Below, piece by piece: positions 1 to 13,713 of a stretch of 64,000 nt of DNA. Source of the DNA: Eledone cirrhosa (Eukaryota); assembly GCA_964016885.1 (NCBI GenBank), contig OZ024751.1, forward strand, positions 50,406,001 through 50,470,000. Reading direction: 5' to 3'. The notes under the pieces were generated by a model. The model worked only from the letters and a program-made list of their open reading frames with translations, was not told the DNA's origin and searched no databases. Numbering within the stretch: position 1 is the stretch's first letter; each line of letters begins with the position of its first letter. A program made the position numbers and the translations under genes.

Positions 1-810
1 GGAGACTTCCATAAACATGGATAGTATCAGGATGGATTCACTGGAGTTCACAGCGGCTATGGTTATGATTCAAGAAATGAAGAGAGATTAAGGCTCCTGG
101 TATTCTGTGGTGCAAACGAACTAACTATTTGTAGCACAAATTTCAGGAAACCGGCTAGCCATCTCATCACATACCAGTCAGCTGAACACACAAGCCTGAT
201 TGATTTCTTACTTGTAAGACGAGATAAACAGACTGTAATAAATGCTAAGGCCTTCCCTGGGGAATAATGAGCTGCCCAAACATAAGTTATTATTAGTGAC
301 ATCAGATTAAACACAAAACAAAACAAGATATGCAGGAAAATATGGGGATGGAGGATTTGGAAGCTAAAGGACCTTTCAGTTAAATATGGGTTTAAAAGGG
401 CCTTACAGGATGCAGTAGATGAGAGGGGTGACATATGTAGAGGACAACTGGAAATTCTTGCATGATAATCTTTTGCAAATTACTGATGACTGCATTAGCC
501 AGACAGAGGGTGATTTGGTGGTGGAACCGCACTGGATAGAGCCATTAAAGCCAAGAGACAGGTGTGGAAAGACTGGAAAAATGGAGGTAGCAGAAACCGG
601 TACCAGGTTGCTAAGAGGGAAGCTAGACAACAGGTACATACACATAGCTCAGAGAGAGGCTGAAAAAAGAAATTTTGCCAATGTCTAGAGGTGCCAGGAG
701 ATGAAGGTGAAGAGAGGCCACAGTAGAGGTAGACCAAGGAAGACCTGGGCAGAGGTGTTAATAGATTTCAAATTGCTGAGACTCACAGAGGAGTTGACGA
801 AGAAACGTGG
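1..810 (+). mobile_element. Degraded RTE-clade LINE: AP-endonuclease fragment plus C-terminal fragment
   Basis: Manual translation gives GYGYDSRNEERLRLLVFC..NELTICSTNFRKPASHLITYQS...IDFLLVR (APE motifs) and, near 725-760, GRPRKTWAEV. Stops and frameshifts present. Confidence 0.8.
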
Positions 811-944
811 TGAGTAGCATTGGCAATTTGATTTATAGTTAATTGCCTGTCATCCATCACCATGTGGTGAACACAATCAAGCTCTATCAAATTCCTCTAA
901 GAATCTGATAGAGCTTGTTTCTTGTAAGTGTTTTCTGCTTTCTG

Positions 945-2945
945 TTCAACGCCCACATTCTTTGCTAGCCTACCTGAGATCCCACTACAGCTCTTATATA
1001 CCCATAGTTTGGATTTGGGACAGAGGATAGAATTTCTACCCACCCCTTTCCTACACTCTAAGCAGGGTCATTTCCCAGATGGATCAGGGCCTTGTTTTCC
1101 TTACTACTTAATTAAATTTTGGTCTTTGCCAAGTTAACTTTAAGACCTTTTGATTCTGGGTTATACTTTCAGGTCAGGAATTTTTTCTCTAGTTCTACCA
1201 TAGATTCAGGTATGAGAGTTAGGCCATCTGCATACAGGAGTTCCCAAGGACAACCAGTTTTAAACTCTTCTGTTATAGCCTGGAAGATGATAATAAATAG
1301 CAGAGGGCTAAGGACTGAACCCTGGTGGACACCAACTTGCACACTAAACTCCTTGCTATAGTCATTATTAATTTTAAATTTGCTGACTGCACCTCTGCAC
1401 ACGACTTGTATTAACTTCATAAGCCACTCCTTCACCCCCTAGTTTCCACCAAATTACAGAACAGGGGGACCCTGTCAAAAGCTTTCTCCCAGTCAACAAA
1501 TGCTAAGTAGCGGGGTTTACTTTTTGCTAGATACTTCTCCTGTAGTTGCCTCACAAGGAAGAGAGCATCCGTGGTATATTTACCTAGCAGAGATCTTAAT
1601 TGCATCTCATCTAAGTTAATTTGATCCCTAATCAGTTGTATGATGACTCTTTCTATATCTTTCATGACCTAGTCCATCAATTTAATGCATCGGTAGTTTT
1701 TTCTGTCACCTTTGCCCTTGTAGCAATTGACAATGCTGCTGCTATGCCAGTCATTAGCTACAGTACCATTTTGTATTACTTGGTTTACAATATGGGTTGG
1801 TGATGGTGTAGCCTACCATCCCAAATGCTGTCAGCATCTCAGCAACTATTCCCGATGGCCTGGCTGCTTTACCTGTCTTCATATCCTTAATTGCCTTACT
1901 TACTATGCTGCTACTGACTTGTACTACTGGTCCCTATGTTTGGTCGTCTTAGGGCAGGCTATCTTCCTCCCATGCATTCACTTTATTCATCTGTCTCTCA
2001 TAATGACACTTCCATGCTGTCTTCTTTTCGGCATCAGTGAGGGCAAGTGCACCATTGTCATCTCAGACACACTTCTTACCAACAACATCACAATTTTCCA
2101 CTGACACACTGCCTCACATTTTTGCTCCTCATGTCACATAGCATGCATAAACTTATATTTTCTACTTTCCTTCTTGCACAGTATACTTATCGACTAGCCT
2201 CTCTCCTGGCCTCTTGGTGAAGTTCTCTGCTCCCCCATTTTGCCATCCTTTCTATGCCTGTCTCTTAGCCTTAATTGTTTAATCCACCCTACTATTCCAC
2301 CACCAAGTCACTCTCCCACTCCCTGGGTCTCTGCTCCAGTCACAAACCTCATTTGTGGCCTTCAGTAGATTATCTTTCAGGAACTCCCACTGTTCCTCTA
2401 CATTGTATGTCGTTATTTCTTCTTCCTTATTATCAAAAACATCAAGATATTCCTAAATATGTTACAAGCTAAGGTCTCCTTCGTCTTCCATATCCTTCTC
2501 CCCCAGGTTGCTCTCTGTCTCCAAGTTCGTCTAGCTGTAATTAAGAAATCACTGACTACTCGATAAAGTACATAGCTCTGAGATCAGAGAGTCACTCCAG
2601 GTAGAGCCGTTACTTCTCCGAATTGAAATATCACAGCTCTGATACTATGGGCATGTGGTGAGAATGTCTCAGGAAAGAAACGCTGGAGAGATTTTACGGG
2701 CAATACCAACCGGCAGGAGACCCAGAGGTAGACCCTGAGCAAGATGGTTGGATAACATCCATGAGCTTGGCTGATCTCACTTGGGGATCCAGCTGGATCA
2801 GTTGGAGACAGTTGCTTCTAACAGGACCCACTGGAAGGAGTGTTTGAGGGCTCTGCCCCCATGACCCTCTCAGGAATAAGTAGGCGAAGAAGAAGACTGA
2901 CTACAAGATTATGTTGGGAGGTGTATTCCTTGCCAAGGAGGAGTT
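945..2945 (-). mobile_element. Degraded RTE-clade LINE (RT, PHD insert and end of APE), interrupted at 2560-2895
   Basis: ORF pieces 1169-1435 ([13 protein letters not shown]...LLYADG) and 1432-1665 ([16 protein letters not shown]...[13 protein letters not shown]) are homologous to the young RTE copies; many disruptions. Confidence 0.9.
2560..2895 (+). mobile_element. 5'-truncated RTE (Expander-like) LINE 3' end with (GAA)n tail and 9-bp TSD
   Basis: Translates IRESLQVEPLLLRIEISQL*YYGHVVRM...GRRPRGRP; ends gaagaagaag; ACTGACTAC is duplicated at 2551-2559 and 2896-2904. Confidence 0.85.
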
Positions 2946-5339
2946 GTAATTACAAACATCAATAATAGTTTGCAGATTAATTCATTCATTAATTAAATCA
3001 CAAACAATGCAATCACATTTCACAAATCACCTCAGGAAATGAATTTTAGATTTGGGGAATAAATGTCCCAATTACCAGGTAGGCATGTAATAAGCAAATC
3101 ACGGACATAAAGTAAACAAAAGTTTTAAAACCAAATGTGATAGATTCATAAATAAGCAAGGCAGTGCAAAGCATTAATGTTTAGCATTACACAACATGAT
3201 TTAAGCTATAAAAATGTATAGAGGATAAGTCTACATGCACTAATTACAGTTCATGTATGCAAACACAAGCATAATATACTTACAGAATGCTAACACACCA
3301 TAGTGCATTCATTTGAATTTGTAACATATTTTGTTCAAATACAGCCTAAGAGCGGTATTAAACTACACACTTTATATATGTGTGTGTGTGTATTTATATA
3401 TATATATATACACACATATATTTAATGCATTGGTGTATCGCACTACAAAAAAAATACACAGCCCATTCTACACACACACACATATATATATTCATTTTAA
3501 GGCTAAATAGTGAGTCTTGTTAGTCTGGAGTTTCACCTGTTTATCACAGGGTCATCAGTCATGTTCTCAACTGATGACCTGTTGGGATACTTGAATGAGG
3601 AGAAATGCAAGTAGAACCTTTTGTCCTGAACCATACCTACATATTTTTCATTGGCTTTTGGTTGGTTGGTTAGTTGGTGTTTGTGTATTTGATCTCTGCT
3701 TCATATATGGAGTGAAATATTTAAAATTTTGCAAGGGTTGTACTTACCAAGCAAATATGTAAACTCCAAGACTGAAATTTTTAGACATTGTTTGCATCAA
3801 AAGGGCTATTTCCTGTCCAACTGGAAATCCACACCACAAGGTACCCGTTTACCAGCTTTGCTAAATCCTCCATGAACCTATTGCTCTCTGTCACTTATCC
3901 CCTCACAAAAAATTAAACACATCACATCCTCATCCACATGCACACCACATAATAGATTGTTGAAAGAGGTTTTAGCCTTACAAAATCACATTGTATGCTA
4001 GCTAACATACATACAATTAAACATTTTATTTTGCATGTTCAGATTTGAAGTATAGGGAACTTTTTAAAAGAGACTTAAATGGTTGCAAAATAACTTGCAC
4101 GCTAGATTACACAGTGGTATTTATAAATATATCTCATCAGAAGTTACCTCTATCGCTCCCTCAAGGGTAACCATTCTATGATCTCTATTTAAAGTTTTTA
4201 AAATAAATAGCTTGCAAGTCAAGTCACATACATATTACACATACACACAGATTAACTTATAAATAAAGTCACACACATACTACACATATGTCAGTTTCAA
4301 AGTTTCTAGCCCCGAGAAATTTGGAACTTGGGAATCACCTCCTTTGTTCTCAAAAAAGGGGGCTCTCCACTGTATTAAAACAAATTTAGTGGTTTAACGT
4401 TTTTTTTTCTGTTTTTTTTTTCAAATCTTGAACTGAAATCACTTTTTAACATGCTACCAGCAGCAAGTGTTTTAATGACATTTGGGGTTCCCAAAACAGA
4501 CTTCATACTCATCGTAGGGTCCTTTTTGAAGCAATGTTTTACAACTGGATAGCCTTCTGGGTGCCAGGCGTTTTAGTTGGTAAGCCATATTTACCAGGAT
4601 TACCAGATATATGAACAATCATACTAACTGGGAAATATGAGTTTTAATAAAATTGTAGTTTTCATGTGAGTAACCCTATAGTTTATGTTCATTACTGACA
4701 TGTGAAAAATGATTAAAGATAAGAATGATATTTTAATAATTTATTTCTATGATAAAATTACATAAATGTTCAACATGTATGTACCAATTACATACAGGAT
4801 TAAATGTATTGGAAAAATAACTATACAGAAACAAGTATAGGGTTAAAACCCAGGAACTTGTAATTGGAAAACAAACTTCTTATTGTAGCAATTTTACTGA
4901 GATGGGAAATGCATTGTGTGTATGTGTGTGTAAATTTTAAAGAGTTACAGACAGTGATGTATATAAATATATAAACACACATGGCATATTATTATGATTG
5001 ATTAAAGCACAAAGACAACAGTATATTACTCTTGTTAGAAATTTGGTTCCAAAAAGGTTAATGCCAGTAGAGTAGTTTAATAATAAAAATGAGATCAGTT
5101 CATTATCTGGCGAAAGAACAAAGCTCAGTCTTTAGATAAAATCTACTGAAGTGAATTGAAGTGTTCATAGTCCTTAGAAGATTAGATATATCTTGAAGTC
5201 TAACACAAGGAAGAATATGTCAGCTTTGTAAATATCCTTAATTGTCTCGATAAAGGTATATATATATATATATATATCAACAAACATTGTATGATGTAAA
5301 GCTCAAATGTTTGTACTTATGAAGTACTGAGAGAATAAA

Positions 5340-5700
5340 GTTTATAAAAGATATAGAATGCTATTGTGCAGAAAATAACTCTTAAGTACAGTCAGTTGCT
5401 ATAAAATAGGGTAAAGACTCTTAGATATTTGGCTGAGTTGATAACTAAAGGGTTATAATGTGTTGTTTTGATTCATGGAACTGGAGGTGATTTTGGCTAG
5501 GTTTACCATGGCTGTGTCCACTCTTTTCATAAGTGTTGAGGCAACAATACTAGAGTTGTGGACTAGATAATATCATTAGGAAGAACTCTTCTATCTATGC
5601 TGATGACCTCTTTCTCAGTGCAGCTTTTGGAAAAGTTCTAAACCTGGAAGAATGTTCTAGAGTTCAAAGATTTAAAGGTCAAGATGGCAAAGACCAAATG
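5340..5700 (+). mobile_element. Highly degraded RTE RT fragment
   Basis: tatgctgatgacctc (YADDL) followed by LEKF*TWKNVLEFKDLKVKMAKTK, matching the young RTE RT. Confidence 0.7.
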
Positions 5701-5961
5701 TATTTATTAATAATACAGATTACAAATGTTACAGTGGCAATTGGCTTGGCTTCAAATGATATATTTATATATCATCATCATTGTTTTTCATTTTTGTGTT
5801 GACTGTCCGTGCGGGCATGGGTTAACTCGGAATTTGGATGGAAGGGGCAATGTTTTACAGCTGGATGCCTTTCTTGATGCAGCCCTATTAATAGGTTCTT
5901 ACAACATGCAGGAATACTGTATATCTGTTCTAAACTAGAAACAGACTATTTATATATGTAT

Positions 5962-6275
5962 ACACCACCCCGTTCTATGTAAAGTTATGTTGGTGCTGTG
6001 CCATCCAGGCCGAAACAAATGAGATCGTGTAGGTGTCACGACAAAAAAACACACAATCCACGCTGTAATGTGGCCGTGTAGGCAACACGGTAAAAACCTC
6101 CCAGACCCACACTGTAAATGTGGTTGGTGTTAGGAAGGGCATCCAACTGTAGAAAACCTGCCAGACAGTCCTATGCGAGCAAGACAATCACTCTTGCCTC
6201 AAGTGGGACTACCCCCGTCCAAACCCATGCAAGCGTGGAACACGGACGTTAAACGTTGATGATGATGATGATGAT
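5962..6275 (+). mobile_element. 5'-truncated copy of the young RTE LINE (3' UTR only) with (GAT)n tail
   Basis: Nearly identical to about 53827-54138; ends ggacgttaaacgttgatgatgat. Confidence 0.93.
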
Positions 6276-6920
6276 ACACACACACACACATATATATACC
6301 CACACACACATATATATATATATACACATACACACATATATATATACACACTGTAGTACAAATTTGGTAGAAATATACAAGGGTAAGAGCACTCAGTCCA
6401 TATGATTAGTTAAGTATAATTACTTACAACAGTGACAATACTTAAGTTTCATTGGGTTATACACCCTCAACTCATTCAGTCTGTTATATAAACAAAGATG
6501 GTTACTTCTGCCATATATATATACACATATATATACATATATATATTTATTTATTAAAATAACAGATTAAAGTTTTAATAAATATTTGCTCTAGGGTTCT
6601 TATCTATTTGATATATATTTATCCTTATCAAGCCTTCTTTGGATTTTAGTCTTCACATTTATTATTATTACTATATATATATATTTGCAAGAGATGTCAA
6701 CATGAATGGACCTGTTATTTTTATCTAAAGACATTTTTTCCAATCCCACCTGCCCGTCCCCTCAATCTATTTTATTTTTCATTCTTTCTTTTGATGAAGG
6801 ACTAGCGTCCAAAACGTTAATACCCTCTTCCTGCTATATCAAGCGTTAACCTAATATATACCTTCCATATACTGTACCGATTGTGTTGTTATTTCTGTTT
6901 ACCTTTTACTTATATATATC

Positions 6921-7161
6921 TCATCATCATCATCATACGTCCGCTTTTCTCTGCTTGCAAGGGTGGGACGGGAACTGATTCTGGCTCGATTTTTACAGCT
7001 GGATGCCCTTCCTAACACCAACCTCATTTACAGTGAGTGCTGGGTGCTTTTTTGCTGTGGCGCCTACTCGATCACTTTGCAGTGGAATGATAGGGACCCC
7101 AGTCCCTATCATCTCATTTCTACAGCTGAGTAAACTGGAGCAATGTGAAATAAAGTGTCTT
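6921..7161 (-). mobile_element. Partial tRNA-derived SINE (body and RTE-type tail)
   Basis: Matches about 35525-35780 of the full SINE; head missing. Confidence 0.85.
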
Positions 7162-7229
7162 ATATATACTGGTGCCATGATAATAAAGTGTCTCTCTCTC
7201 TCTATATATATATATACTGGTGCCATGAT

Positions 7230-7400
7230 AAACAACCCCCAGACCACTATGTGAGGTGGTTGGCATAAGGAAGGCATCCAGCCACTGAAGAAAACCAAGC
7301 CCAAAACGATCATGTGGCCACCTGACCTGTCTGACCTCATAACATGACATCCTGTCTTACCCATACAAGCATGGAAAATAGACATTAAACAATGATGATA
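7230..7400 (+). mobile_element. Old SINE/RTE-tail fragment
   Basis: gtggttggcataaggaaggcatccagcc ... acccatacaagcatggaaaatagacattaaacaatgatgat, a diverged form of the RTE 3' tail. Confidence 0.7.
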
Positions 7401-8423
7401 TATCCAGTAATTGGTGTAGGTTTGGTTGTTGATATGCTGGTAGTGTTTAGGGTATAGTTCTGAAGGGTGTATGCTTAGTGTGAGATGTGTTTGTTAGATT
7501 GGGTTGAGCTTAGGTATATGGACAATATTTGTTTCAGTTCTTGGATAGTGTTGGTTTGGTGCAGACTTGTTTGCGTTTATGATAGAGCAATTAACAGTCA
7601 TGGTTGTGTATTTTTATATAAGAAGGAAATTTGTACAGTATATTCAGTGCAAATAATGGCTATATGTAAGAATGTAGTGATATCTTTAGTAGTTTGACAG
7701 AGAACTAGGATTGCAGCTGTATACAAATAATTAGTGTTATATCTTTAGATGAACAACACTGCAAAGTCTCACTGAACTTACACATCTCTTTCTTTTACTC
7801 TCTCTCGCACCCCTTCTCTCTCTCTATCTCCCCCCTCCCTTTCAATCTCTATCTCCAACTCTCCCCTCATATACACAACACATTACCAAGCCTATGAGGT
7901 TGGTCCCTAATTATTCGACCAGTCATCAACACAATTGTAAACTTTAGAAGCTACTAGAACCTGGTATTGTTCAGGAAATAAACCACTCAGTATGTGTGTG
8001 TGTGTGTGTGAGAGAGAGAGTGTGTCTGTGTATATATCTCTGATGGTGATTGTGTGTGTTCTTGCTTTGGTATCTCTTTTAATAGTAGTAGTAATAGTAG
8101 CAGCAGTAGCAATAGTAGTAGTAACAGTTGTGACAACTCTCTCAATGATGTGCCATCTACAACATGGTTTTTGTGCTGGAAATAGCAGCTGGGTCTATCA
8201 TAAATCACATACTACTACATTAAATAATGAACCAAACAACAATAAACATAGATAATGTAGTCCTAAACCAAAATAAAATAAAAAAGCCTATGGTGATGTA
8301 TGGAACACCTTGATCATTGATCTGCTCAAGCAAGGCAGACCTGGGGTTAAATAACTATTATGGTTCATCTTCTTTTCTAGTGAAATGTTCTCTATCGAAA
8401 ATCTATTTTTTTCATCTTGTGTA

Positions 8424-8850
8424 ATATGAGGGTTGGCTAAAAAGTTCATAGACTGACCATGATATTCTCATGGCATCTGACGAAATGAGGTTTATTTTTC
8501 AACATAGTCCCCTTTGCAGTCCACACACTCCTTCCATTGGTATTGCAGTACTTGGATTCCATTGGTGAAGAAGCTTTTATTCTGTTGGTAAAAAAACTCA
8601 TCAACTGCAGATATGACATCATCACTGCAATACTGATTCCTAGCCAAGTGGTGTTCATGTTGGAGAACAGATAATAGTCAGATGAAGTCAAATCAGTTGA
8701 ATAGGGAGGGTGATCAACCTCTTCAAAGATACAGTCATGCACAAGGACTTGTGTGTTAGAGCAATATTCTGATGAAACAAGACCCCGTTCATTAGTTTTT
8801 CTGGGTGTCTGGTTGTGATAACCTTTTGTACTGTAAGTTGTGGTTTGGAA
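8424..8850 (-). mobile_element. Mariner (Tc1/mariner) transposon relic
   Basis: ORF 8446-8853 contains HPPYSTDLTSSDYYLF (mariner YSPDLAPSD motif); TIR-like tatgagggttggctaaaaagtt near 8424. Confidence 0.85.
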
Positions 8851-9009
8851 CATTACTTAAAAAAATTCTTAAATCAAATTATAATGAAAGGTTTCAATGT
8901 TAAGTACGAACATTTTAAAATGGGCATAGTTAAATTTGGGCAGGTTGGTAAATAAAGGGTTCAAAATTGTGGTGCCCCTGGCTTCTGTCAAGTTAGCTGC
9001 CCTATCTCC

Positions 9010-9228
9010 TTAACACTTTACCATTTAAACCGGCCATATCTGGCCAGAATTCTTTCACCTCTTTTTGTTCAAATTGACCATAACCGGCTGCTTATATTTA
9101 TGTTAAGGTATTGTTCACAAAATATATAATATTGAAATCTCATAGATTCAATATTATGCGAGATAAAAAATGTTTACCGTGAAAATACAATAGTAAAATA
9201 TAGATTAATAAAAATGCTAAAGGGTTAA
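9010..9228. mobile_element. piggyBac-like MITE (TTAA-flanked)
   Basis: ttaacactttaccattta ... aaatgctaaagggttaa; same family as 11340, 11863 and 61328. Confidence 0.75.
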
Positions 9229-10149
9229 TCCATCACTAACTACCACAGTATATCTCTCTCTCTCTGAATTGGCAATGGTGTGGCAAATACTTTCTGTTTT
9301 GGTCTTCCATAGCTTACATTTGTTGTCAGCTGATGGTAACACATATGGTTATTTTAAGTAGGGTACATCATATTGCCATTGTTTGCGGTGTATTGTTTAT
9401 GGAAGACATAAACAAGCATTGCCATTTGCCTTTAAACAGTGTCAATAGGAAGCCAGCAGATGACACAAGCACACACATAACACATGAAATTTGTCCCAAC
9501 ACAAATGACTACAATAATAGTTGATCACTTGAGATGATTTGATCAACTATTATTGTGGTAGTTTCTGTAATGTGACACACATTTAATATATATATAGGGG
9601 CAGAAGGTTCAGTAAATCTGTAGAAAACTGGTGAGGTTACCAAAGTCAGCACTCAATACTAGAGCAGGGTGTATATAATAAGAACAAAGTGGAGGTGTTA
9701 CATTAAGAAATTTATTGATCAATCCTGGTTACAATTGTTTCATAAACAGTCTGCTCATGATCCAGGTTAATGTTCCAGACCATATTCCAGATCTGCCTGA
9801 TCCTCGGACCAGTGCTATCACAACTAAGTCCACATCAATGACCATGGAGTTCTGTGCCTTTCGTTTGTGTATTTATTTTTTAAAAATTATTTTTCGTTCT
9901 GTTTTGTTTCTGCTCAATTCCTTGTCCTTTCTTTGTTAATTTTCTTAAGTTTATTTATATGTGTACATATATATATGTGTGTGTGGATGTATATATAAAT
10001 TTTATATTTAATATAGAAATAGCTTCTACACGATTATTATATATCTCTTTCTATATATATATAGGAACAAGTATGACCCCGGCGACAAAGCTCAAGCCGT
10101 TTCGACGGCTAATTCTGGACAGCCTATATATATATATATATATATACAC

Positions 10150-10594
10150 ACAATGTCACTGGACCGAGACCTTTGGCGGTACTCAGTAACAGAGAAGACC
10201 CACCTTACCTAAATACAAAGTAAAACCTACTAGTCAGTAGGCATCTCTAACAAAATACACCCCCGTCCCACCCCATCCACACCGCCCCCTTCAATGTAAA
10301 GTTATGTTGGTGCCACAACATCCAGGCCGAAACAAATGAGATCGTGTAGTTGTCACGACAAAAAACACACAGTCCACGCTGTAATGTGGCCGTGTAGGCA
10401 ACACGGTAAAAACCTCCCAGTCCCACACTGTAAATGTGGTTGGTGTTAGGAAGGGCATCCAGCTGTAGAAAACCCGCCAGACAGTCCTATGCGAGCAAGA
10501 CAACCACTCTTGCCTCAAGTGGGAAAACCCCCGTCCAAACCCATGCAAGCGTGGAACAGGGACGTTAAACAATGATGATGATGATGATGATGAT
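10150..10594 (+). mobile_element. 5'-truncated RTE LINE (last codons, 3' UTR and (GAT)n tail)
   Basis: caatgtcactggaccgagacctttggcgg... matches about 53683-54138; preceded by a TA run. Confidence 0.93.
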
Positions 10595-11171
10595 ATACAT
10601 ACACATATACCTACAAACGTTTTTTTTTCCCTCTTCTTGTACCACACCTTTTTTTAAAGAATTGTTTGTAATCATTTGTACGGGGTGGGAGGTTGCATGC
10701 GTGTGTGTGTGTGTGTACAGCTGTATATAAGTCAGGGGCACACATACAAAGTATAATGCTGTCATGCCTTCATTGTTATGGTAACGAAAGCTGAAGTGAC
10801 CTAATCTCATTGTTATTTTTGATTATGTAAATCCTATTTGTAGTGCTGTTTATGGGGTTGTTGGTGGTGTTAGTGTTGGTGGTGTAGAACTTTGTAATTG
10901 TGGTAGCGGGGAGGGGGGGTGATGATGTTGGTCATGATGATTATGGTGGTTATCATAGTAATGATGATGATTGGTAGATGAGGGTTGTGGTGGAAAGGGG
11001 ATGGGTTGAAGCATGATAAGTAAAAAATATACAAAAAGTGAAAAGGGTGGAGTAGCTGGATATTATTTTCATTGTTGACTAAACTTTAGTTTCTGCTTGA
11101 GTCAACCAACCTGTAGCTTAGACACTATCCTTAAACACACTGGAGTATGTCAGTCTATAGCAAGATCTATC

Positions 11172-11555
11172 TTAACTCTTTAGCATTTACATTACTCTAT
11201 ATATATTGTATTTTCACTGTAAACAACTTTAATATCAAATCTATGAGATTTTGACATTATCTATTTTGAGAATAATACCTTAACATCAGTATGAGCGGTC
11301 TGTTACAACCTGTTTGAATTCTATCCAGATATGGCCGGTTTAACCCTTTAGCATTTACATTACTCTGTATTTACTATTATATTTTCATGGTAAAGGCTTT
11401 ACTTCACATAATATTGAATCTATGATATTTTGATATTATTTATTTTGAGAACAATACCTTAACATAAATATGAGTGGCTGGTTACGGCCAGTTTCAACAG
11501 AAAGTGGTGAGAGAATTCTAACCGGATACAGCTGGTTTAAATGCTAAAGGGTTGA
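11172..11555. mobile_element. Two fused piggyBac-like MITEs joined at a TTAA (about 11340)
   Basis: Two direct copies starting ttaac(t/c)ctttagcatttac; the second ends aatgctaaagggttga. Confidence 0.8.
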
Positions 11556-11862
11556 CACATGGGCATAGGTCACAGCACTCCTCTTTTTCTTTGACTCTTG
11601 TATTGTATATCGAATTGTATAGTACAGGATCTTCTTTCCCTGAATAGTTCTCTATTGTACATTGAAATCATGAAGTCGTGTAATGGTTATGGTTGTTGGA
11701 GATAGGTGTACCTAGTATTATGTTCACCACATGTATCATGTTTATTGATTAAACTTTTTAGAATATTTTGTTGTTTAGCCATTTTTGAAGCAAACCTATG
11801 ATCAAATGTATTCCAGCTGTGGCAATCTCAACTTCTATTAAAGACAATAATTATTTATTTAC

Positions 11863-12265
11863 TTAACTCTTTAGCATTCACATTACTCTATATTTACTAT
11901 TGTATTTTCATGGAAAAGGCTTTATCTCTCATAATATGGAAGCTATGAGATTTTTATATTATTCATTTTGAGAACAATGTTAACATCAGTATATGAGCAG
12001 CTGGTTTGAACAGAAAGAGGTGAGAGAATTCTGGCCAGATATGGCCAGTTTAAATGCTAAAGGGTTAAACCAGCTGTATCTGGCCAGAATCTCTCGCTTC
12101 TTTCTGTTTAAACCAGCTGTAACTGACCACTCATACTGAAGTTAAGGTGTTGTTCTCAAAATGAATAATATCAAAATATTATGTGAGATAATTATATGAA
12201 AAATAAAGTGTTTACTGTGAAAATACAATAGTAAATATAGAGTAATGTAAATGCTAAAGGGTTAA
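11863..12265. mobile_element. Two piggyBac-like MITEs in inverted orientation joined at a TTAA (about 12065)
   Basis: ttaactctttagcatt...aatgctaaagggttaa followed by a reverse copy ending aatgctaaagggttaa at 12265. Confidence 0.8.
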
Positions 12266-12289
12266 ACTGGTCTTGGGTGGGCCATAATC

Positions 12290-12780
12290 AAGGCAGCATT
12301 GTCCCTATTTCACAGATCTCTTTGCATCATTGCCACCTTGAGTTCCTGGACAGATTCCAAGTGAGTATCTTACATCAGGTTGTCAATATATGTGACATGA
12401 CATAGTACACCACACCATCCAACTCTGTACCATGGATCTCGTAGGATCAGCTTTTGACACTTCATCTTGTGGATGTCATGCCCAATGTCTTGATAGATTC
12501 ATTCTTGTCTCACTGTCATACTGATTAATATAATGCACAGGAACACCATTTTCTTTGTTTCGTTTCTCTTGACTGGAATCTGTTCAGGAACTAGAGATGG
12601 TAATGGTAGACAGAGAAGTGTGGTGGATGTCATTATATACATTGGCAGCCTGAAGCAGGCATATTGGCCAGGAGTCTGGTCAAGAACTAAAGATGACAAT
12701 GGTAGACAGAGGAGTGAGGAATAAGGATGTGACTGCTTTGCCCCAATGTGTGAACCCAGCCTATATGAATAAAGGTTATG
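12290..12780 (-). mobile_element. Degraded RTE-X-like LINE 3' fragment
   Basis: Reverse strand reads TYIDNLM*DTHLESVQELKVAMMQRDL, similar to the C-terminus at 59133-59378. Confidence 0.55.
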
Positions 12781-12811
12781 GTCACTGCTCTTTCACTAAG
12801 CCATAAATGAA

Positions 12812-12990
12812 TGGGACTTAGTTGTTAGAGTGTTGGACTAACATTGAAAAGGTTGTGGTTTCAATTCTTGAACCAGGTGGTATGTTGTGTTCTTGAGCAA
12901 GACACTTCATTTCATTTTGCTCCAGTCCACTCAGATGGAAATAAAAAATGAGTACCAGCAGCATCAGCAAGAAGTTAACCCCTGCAAGGG
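12812..12990 (+). mobile_element. Old tRNA-derived SINE
   Basis: cttagttgttagagtgttgg...ggtttcaattc...cttgagcaagacacttcatttcattttgctccagtccactcag, homologous to the SINE at 35525-35877. Confidence 0.75.
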
Positions 12991-13499
12991 ACAGGTTTCT
13001 GGTCCAGGTGGTAGTCTTTTCATGATAGGCATAGGATATAACATAGAAAAGAGCAATAAATTATATTTGCTCTGAATGAAATTTTGTAGATTATGATATG
13101 TATGTGCTACCATACCAATATACCATTATACCACAGCAACTGCATCCAGCCCACTTACAACTACCAAATGTCTAATCTTTCAGATTACTGTGGATGGTGG
13201 GATTAAGTACAACTCAGTCTATTTTTAAATATTGCAATTTGGTAGTGGGATGGTGGTGGTGATGGCAATGGTAATGTTGGTGATGATGTTGGTAATGTTA
13301 GTGATGATGATGGCAATGGTAGTGGTGCTCATGTGATGATGATGGCAGTTGTAGGTTTGGCATTGATAATGTCATGGTTATTTTAAAATAACCATTTCTT
13401 AGTTGACAAGGGATGGACAGGACTTTTTCAAGACAAGATTTAAAAGCAGATGTTTACAACACAGGGAATTGGTGTACCTATTCTAAACCAGATACTGCC

Positions 13500-13515
13500 T
13501 ATATATGTATGTATG

Positions 13516-13576
<61 letters not shown>

Positions 13577-13613
13577 ATATGTATGTATATATATATGTAT
13601 GTATATATATATG

Positions 13614-13645
<32 letters not shown>

Positions 13646-13647
13646 TG

Positions 13648-13679
<32 letters not shown>

Positions 13680-13681
13680 TG

Positions 13682-13713
<32 letters not shown>

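Noticed and set aside
3515-3620. Hairpin with CTGATGA on both strands
   Set aside because: The minus strand has CTGATGA-stem-GAAAC but no valid cleavage triplet or stem I; at most a decayed relic.
5600-8780. Other CTGATGA hits (about 5600 and 8769)
   Set aside because: They are coding remnants (YADD of an RT; mariner transposase) with no stem II/GAAA architecture.
2950-13400. Host protein-coding exons in the flanks
   Set aside because: No ORF with a recognisable cellular domain; small exons cannot be excluded without RNA-seq.
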